Of a stretch of 64,000 bases of DNA, positions 58,995-64,000 are shown piece after piece. This DNA comes from a virus (taxonomy: Duplodnaviria > Caudoviricetes): the IMG/VR virus record IMGVR_UViG_3300021400_000095. The stretch is one strand, 5' to 3'. A model generated the notes under the pieces. It searched no databases. It was not told the origin of the DNA and worked only from the letters and a program-made list of their open reading frames with translations. The position numbers were made by a program, and so were the translations under genes. Positions within the stretch are counted from its first letter, which is position 1, and the number at the start of each line of letters is the position of its first letter.

Positions 58995-59723
58995 ATGGGG
59001 AAAAAGAAAAAAGAAGTTTCAGGATTGACTGAAACTGTGTTAGAAATTGGAGTTAAACCCTTGTCTTACAGGGTTAACTTAAAGTGCAAAAACCAAAAAC
59101 AGAAAGAATTGGTTAACAACATTAAGGCCAATCAAATTACAGTTGTTGAAGGTGTTTTTGGTGTTGGCAAAACATTTGTCATTAATTCTGTTGCACTTGA
59201 AATGTTAAAAAATCAAGAAGTAGAAAAAATAATTTTAATTGTTCCATCTGTTAGTAATGGTAGTATGAGTTTGGGTCATTTACCAGGCAGTCTTGATGAA
59301 AAAATCTATAATTTTGCAGTAAATGAATTAGAAAGTTTTAGAAAAATATTGCAAAAATATGGAAATGAAAATGCAGACCAAATCATAGAAGAACTGTTCA
59401 AAAAAGAAATGATACAAATTAGACCACTTGCATTTTTGAGAGGTGCATCTTTTGAAAATGCTTTTATCTGTGTGTCTGAAGCAGAACAATTTACTAAAGA
59501 AGACCTTTTTCTAATACTTACAAGATTTGAAAGTGGGAAAATGGTTATCTCAGGTGACCAATTACAAACAGATAGAAAAGAGGTTAAATCAGGAAATAGT
59601 GGATTACAACATGCAATGGAAAGATTAAATGGAATAAATGGTGTTGGAATTGTTAAGTTTTCTGAAAATGATATTGTAAGAAATGATATATTATTAGATA
59701 TATATAACAAATGGAAAAACTAA
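58995..59723 (+). CDS. phoH: PhoH-like ATPase
   Basis: GVFGVGKT, LGHLPG, PLAFLRGASF, EAEQ, LTR, SGD..Q.D, DIVR. Confidence 0.9.
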   Translation: MGKKKKEVSGLTETVLEIGVKPLSYRVNLKCKNQKQKELVNNIKANQITVVEGVFGVGKTFVINSVALEMLKNQEVEKIILIVPSVSNGSMSLGHLPGSLDEKIYNFAVNELESFRKILQKYGNENADQIIEELFKKEMIQIRPLAFLRGASFENAFICVSEAEQFTKEDLFLILTRFESGKMVISGDQLQTDRKEVKSGNSGLQHAMERLNGINGVGIVKFSENDIVRNDILLDIYNKWKN

Positions 59724-59777
59724 ATTGTTTGGCTTAAATTGCAAAATTGCAGTCACAAAGTTATGTATTAGTTTTTC

Positions 59778-59804
59778 AACCACCTAAAATTAGGTGGTTT
59801 TTTT
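59778..59804 (+). terminator. Terminator after phoH
   Basis: AACCACCTAA..TTAGGTGGTT followed by a T tract. Confidence 0.7.
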
Positions 59805-59863
59805 AATTTTGACCCCTTGATTTTTATAAAAAATACTTTATTTTTTATAAAAAAACAAATGAT

Positions 59864-60298
59864 ATGGACAAAAAAATTACAAGTGTTATTAAATTTGACA
59901 ATAATTTAAAAATAGGAACAACTGATAAAAAAAATCCAAAAGTTATTTATTTTGAATGGGGCTATTATATTAGGCCAAAAATAAAAAAAGAACAATATTT
60001 CCAAGATATTGAATCTGTGAAAAAAGAACTTGCTGATTTTTTAAAAGATTATATGAAAAATGCAACAGCATTAAAAAAAGATTATCTTTTTTTTAGTGAA
60101 ATTGCTGAAGATAGAATTTTTTATAATAAAAAATCATTCTTTACTTTTCAATTACTAATGAAACCAAATGATTTTATTGTTGACCATTATGGTTTTAAAG
60201 AAATTGCAGAAGCATTTTCTGAAAGTCAAACATTAGTTAGTGACTTTAAGAAAATAATTAGAAAATATGACTTTGCAGTTTGTAAATCTAAGTCATAA
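59864..60298 (+). CDS. Hypothetical protein
   Basis: 144 aa ORF. Confidence 0.55.
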   Translation: MDKKITSVIKFDNNLKIGTTDKKNPKVIYFEWGYYIRPKIKKEQYFQDIESVKKELADFLKDYMKNATALKKDYLFFSEIAEDRIFYNKKSFFTFQLLMKPNDFIVDHYGFKEIAEAFSESQTLVSDFKKIIRKYDFAVCKSKS

Positions 60299-60324
60299 AC
60301 TATTTATTATTAAAATAGATACAA

Positions 60325-60714
60325 ATGGCACAAGAATTTTATTTAATAAAAGGAGCAACATCCCCATATCTTAGGATGGAATTAATAAATGATGGTAGAT
60401 ATGATTATAAAAAATCATTATTTGATAATGCCTTACAAGATAGTGTTGTAACATTTTCAATGAAAAATGTTGAAACAGGTCTTTTAAAAGTAGCAAAAGC
60501 ACCTGTTGATATTGTTTTAGCAAAAAGTGAAGGCTGTGAAGAAAAATATGTTCTGCAATATAAATGGAAAGAAAGAGATACCAAAGAATCAGGTGTATTT
60601 GAAGGTATGTTTGAAATAAAATTTAATGGAAACCTTTCTGAAGATGGTATTGAATACCCTAATGGTATATTAAAAGTTCCTGTGGAAGAACCACTTATAA
60701 TTTATATTAGATGA
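60325..60714 (+). CDS. BppU-N-like virion protein
   Basis: FYLIKG.T.P.L, V.F.M, Y.W...DT..SG.F.G.F.I. Confidence 0.5.
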   Translation: MAQEFYLIKGATSPYLRMELINDGRYDYKKSLFDNALQDSVVTFSMKNVETGLLKVAKAPVDIVLAKSEGCEEKYVLQYKWKERDTKESGVFEGMFEIKFNGNLSEDGIEYPNGILKVPVEEPLIIYIR

Positions 60715-60745
60715 AAAAAGAGAGTTAATCAACTCTCTTTTTTTT
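60714..60745. terminator. Bidirectional terminator
   Basis: AAAAAAGAGAGTT-AATC-AACTCTCTTTTTT. Confidence 0.8.
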
Positions 60746-61445
60746 ATGCCAAATCAGGATATAATCTTATTATCTTGTTTCTAATACTTTTAACCTTGTT
60801 CTCATAATTTTTATCACTTGCATACCTCATTCCAAGGTCATTAACAAATCCACCAGGGCTTAAAAGTTCATCAATTGATTTATCATTTAAATATTTTGCT
60901 TTCATTAAATTAATGTATGGTTGTATGCTATCATCCTGTGTTGGATATGTGCATGCATTTTTTCCACTATCATATGAACCAACAGACCAAACACTATTTG
61001 TTTTTCTTGCTCTATTTGTCATACCAAAACAACTTTCCAAATGTGCTTGTGCTAATAGTAATGGCAAATCAAAATTATTTTTTTGGCAAACATCAACAAT
61101 TTTTTCTGGTGAAAGTTGAAGATTTTCTATTGACATATTCTGATTCTTTAATGCCTGTGCAATGTACTTTGTAACATCTTTAATCTTTTTATCTCTTAAA
61201 GTATCTACTTGCTGTTCCACACCAACCTCATGTTTAATGTAATTTTTATATTTTTCATTAAGCTCCAAGCCATCAATTGCAAATGCAATAACACTTGCAG
61301 CAATACCAGCAGCAAGTGCTGCTTTATATCTTTTTATTAGAGATTTTATATCAAATCCTTCAGTCAGTGTTTCACCTGTTATTTCTTGTAAGATTGAATA
61401 TTCCTTTATGAAATCAAACTGACTTTCATTAACAATGAATTTCAT
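60744..61445 (-). CDS. GH73-like glucosaminidase/muramidase with leader
   Basis: LLAQAHLES.FG, N..SVG, YASD..Y; N-terminal MKFIVNESQF..IKE..LQE..LTE. Confidence 0.75.
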   Translation of the reverse strand: MKFIVNESQFDFIKEYSILQEITGETLTEGFDIKSLIKRYKAALAAGIAASVIAFAIDGLELNEKYKNYIKHEVGVEQQVDTLRDKKIKDVTKYIAQALKNQNMSIENLQLSPEKIVDVCQKNNFDLPLLLAQAHLESCFGMTNRARKTNSVWSVGSYDSGKNACTYPTQDDSIQPYINLMKAKYLNDKSIDELLSPGGFVNDLGMRYASDKNYENKVKSIRNKIIRLYPDLA

Positions 61446-61450
61446 ATTAA

Positions 61451-62368
61451 TTAATCAAAAATTCCAATAATTTCAAAAAGATTATTTATATCTTCAACAA
61501 GGCTTTCTTTTGAATATGTCTTTGATTTTATTTGTTCAAAAATTGCAGAAACTTTTTTAGCTGAAGCACTATCACCACTATTCTCAAATTCATCCTTTTT
61601 CTTCAACATTTTTGATTCACATATTTCCTTATATTTGTTGAAGATTTCTTCAGGATTATTTGATTTACCAAGTTCCATTACAATTTGTTTTTCATCTTCA
61701 TTTAAAATATTAGCATATTTTTCATTGAATTCTTTAACTAAATTTTCAGCAAAACCATCAATGTTTTTTGAAGGTGCAAATGAAACAATATTTTCTCTTT
61801 TATTAATATCCTCTCTTAAAACTTTAATAGCAGCACTAAATTCAGCCAAATTTCTTGCAGATTTTTTGTTTTCAACAATGTATTCAATTGCTGAGTCAAG
61901 TTCTGTATTCTCTTCAGCTAAATGTGCATCAGCACTTTCTCCTAAATACTTATAAGCACTTGCAAGAACTTCTCCTAATTTCTTAACATCTTCTTTAAGT
62001 GTTTTTGCAATAACCTTGTTTTCTGCAAAATTATTTACAAAATAATCAATATCAGAATTTGTACCAGCCTTTCTAATACTTTCATATATGTCATGTAAGG
62101 TACTTAAATTCTTTGAAGACTTAATTGTATTTACATATTTAGCAATAATTGATTTTCCTTTAGTTGTTTCAATTAATAAACCAGATACACCTTCAAAAGA
62201 TTCTTTAATATACCCAAATGATTTATTGGATATTTCTTCAGCCTTTTCATTTATCATTATTTCATGAAGCCTCTCCATAAAACTATTATTAATGTCTTCT
62301 TGAAGTTGCTTAAGTTCAGCACTGTTGTTTATCTTATTTAAATTTATATTGTATGTTCTCATAATCAT
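61451..62368 (-). CDS. Putative prohead scaffold/core protein
   Basis: Directly after portal; helical, many [IL]xE sites. Confidence 0.45.
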   Translation of the reverse strand: MIMRTYNINLNKINNSAELKQLQEDINNSFMERLHEIMINEKAEEISNKSFGYIKESFEGVSGLLIETTKGKSIIAKYVNTIKSSKNLSTLHDIYESIRKAGTNSDIDYFVNNFAENKVIAKTLKEDVKKLGEVLASAYKYLGESADAHLAEENTELDSAIEYIVENKKSARNLAEFSAAIKVLREDINKRENIVSFAPSKNIDGFAENLVKEFNEKYANILNEDEKQIVMELGKSNNPEEIFNKYKEICESKMLKKKDEFENSGDSASAKKVSAIFEQIKSKTYSKESLVEDINNLFEIIGIFD

Positions 62369-62390
62369 ATTTTTTTAATAAATAGTTTTG

Positions 62391-64000
62391 TTAAATGATT
62401 TGTTCAGTGTCACCATCTAATTCATTGTAAAAATCTGTTTCAGTATAACCACTTTCCTTGTTTTCATCATCTGATGAATCACTATCTTCAACTTCTTCAC
62501 TAATTATGTTTTTATCTGAATCATCAAGCAAATTATCAATCTTGTCAAAAATATTACCAACAACCTCATTTATAAAAACATTCTTGCTTTCAAAATCAAA
62601 AGGCTCTTCAACATAATCTGGTGATTCCTTGATACATTTATTCAATAAATCAAAATATTGTTCAGTAAATGTTTTAACTTCATTAATTACAGGCTTTTTC
62701 TTTTTCCTTGATTCCATTGGACCACCATTATCTGCTTCAGGTGCTTCTGACATGTCCATTGTGTCCTCAGTTCCACCCATGTCACCCATGTCTTCAGAAC
62801 CAGCACTTCCAAGTGAATCCATATTAAGTGAACCACCTCCAATGTCAGGACTACCACCAGGGCCACCACCCATGTCCCCCATTTCATCATTACTTTGTGC
62901 TTGTTGCTGACCACCATTCAATGCATCATAATCACCATATACTCTATCTACATCATCAAACACACCTGTTTTCTTAATTATGCTTGCTGTGTTTTCAAGT
63001 TCAGCAGCCATTGCCTTCTCCAACCTGATTTCTAATAACATGTCTTTGATTTCTTCATCTGTCATCTTCATGATTTTTTTCAATACCAAATGAAGTGACA
63101 TTAATGGCATACCAATACCAGGGTCTGCTAAAGCAGCAGTTGCTGTTCCAATTCTCTTTGTAATGTCTTCAAGTTCAAGTGCTTCAATTTGTGCTGATGG
63201 ATTGTTTAATGATAAACTGAAATTCATTAATTCATCATCAAGCCCAAGAAAATGAAGGTGAACCATTGCAACTTTATTTAATTCCATTAATAGATATTGT
63301 TGAATAGTGTTTATCATTCTGGAAAACCTTACATCCAATAATGATAAATTCTGACCCTTTCCTTGTGCCTCTTGGAAATTTAAGAAAGTTTTAGGTACTC
63401 TTAAAGCAGCAAATATTTTGTTCTGCATATAATTAATATCATCCATTTGAGTTGGATTTTGTGCAGATGGCAAATTCTCAATTGGTGTAGGTGCAGAAGG
63501 GTCTCTGACTGGAATAAAATAATCAGTTGAAACATCCATGAAGTTCTTTCTTAAATCAACTTGACCTGTTTGTGGGTCAATAACAGGTGTTCTCTTAAAC
63601 TGATTAGCAAATTCTTGAATAAATGCAGGAACATCTTGGTCATCAATTGCACCAACATAAACCTTAAACACCCTTCTTTCAATACTCTTATCCAATCTGT
63701 AAATCAACATGGCATCTTCCATCATAGACCACATTCTCCATGCCCTTCTTGCTTTATGCAAATGACTTACACCATATGGTAAAAATAAACTGTCTTTTAA
63801 TAATCTAAAATGTGCAACCTGCCAATCTTTATATGGTGTTGCTTCATTATGACCAACCCAAACAAATCTTGTTTCATCTGGCTTTAAATCTTGAATTTGA
63901 TTTGGTAATACACCTGAATACATTGAAGTATATCCATTTTCAACTCTGTCCATTTCATAAACAGGTAACTGCTTCCAACCTAAAACACCATTTTTTTGGT
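62391..64000 (-). CDS. Portal protein (T4 gp20-like), 5' end outside window
   Basis: AHFRL, LPYG.S.L..ARR.W, MEDAMLIYR, ERRVF, DYFIP, ALRVPK; frame stays open to the window edge. Confidence 0.9.
   Translation of the reverse strand, partial: QKNGVLGWKQLPVYEMDRVENGYTSMYSGVLPNQIQDLKPDETRFVWVGHNEATPYKDWQVAHFRLLKDSLFLPYGVSHLHKARRAWRMWSMMEDAMLIYRLDKSIERRVFKVYVGAIDDQDVPAFIQEFANQFKRTPVIDPQTGQVDLRKNFMDVSTDYFIPVRDPSAPTPIENLPSAQNPTQMDDINYMQNKIFAALRVPKTFLNFQEAQGKGQNLSLLDVRFSRMINTIQQYLLMELNKVAMVHLHFLGLDDELMNFSLSLNNPSAQIEALELEDITKRIGTATAALADPGIGMPLMSLHLVLKKIMKMTDEEIKDMLLEIRLEKAMAAELENTASIIKKTGVFDDVDRVYGDYDALNGGQQQAQSNDEMGDMGGGPGGSPDIGGGSLNMDSLGSAGSEDMGDMGGTEDTMDMSEAPEADNGGPMESRKKKKPVINEVKTFTEQYFDLLNKCIKESPDYVEEPFDFESKNVFINEVVGNIFDKIDNLLDDSDKNIISEEVEDSDSSDDENKESGYTETDFYNELDGDTEQII

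Noticed and set aside
1-64000. Stop-codon reassignment (TAG to Gln, as in Lak and some crAss-like phages)
   Set aside because: Genes are full length and densely packed under the standard code, and TAG ends genes at 22746, 27674 and 53310.
1-64000. tRNA or rRNA genes
   Set aside because: No cloverleaf or GTTCGA T-loop seen, and intergenic spaces are short and AT-rich.

Overview
64 kb segment of an AT-rich (roughly 25-30% GC by eye), T4-like contractile-tailed, probably jumbo, bacteriophage using the standard genetic code. Host-type TTTG-N19/20-TAnnTTTG promoters and A-rich, SD-less starts point to a Bacteroidota host. The window holds structural genes (portal, neck, tail sheath, tail tube, tape measure, baseplate/spike), replication and nucleotide genes (family B DNA polymerase, SNF2 helicase, dUTPase, GMP reductase/IMPDH-like, HAD nucleotidase, PhoH), and dTDP-rhamnose/glycosyltransferase genes. 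Main observations: (1) the DNA polymerase is split into two genes joined by a naturally split Ser1/Thr+1 intein, with a homing-endonuclease-like gene and a zincin gene between the halves; (2) at least 11 scattered genes share an N-terminal [IL]-[TN]-E-x-[QE]-L-x-x-I-[IV]-x-E-like leader fused to unrelated payloads (zincins, PARP-like ART, kinase, AEP-like, muramidase), suggesting a modular system of capsid-packaged, injected effectors, and one leader is duplicated at DNA level; (3) the CG dinucleotide is almost absent (about 10 seen in 64 kb) and GATC also appears avoided; (4) one protein carries a captured Mfd/UvrB UvrA-binding domain; (5) a conserved ACTATTTAT[AT] motif precedes virion genes. 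All calls come from motif reading only; no database searches were run.
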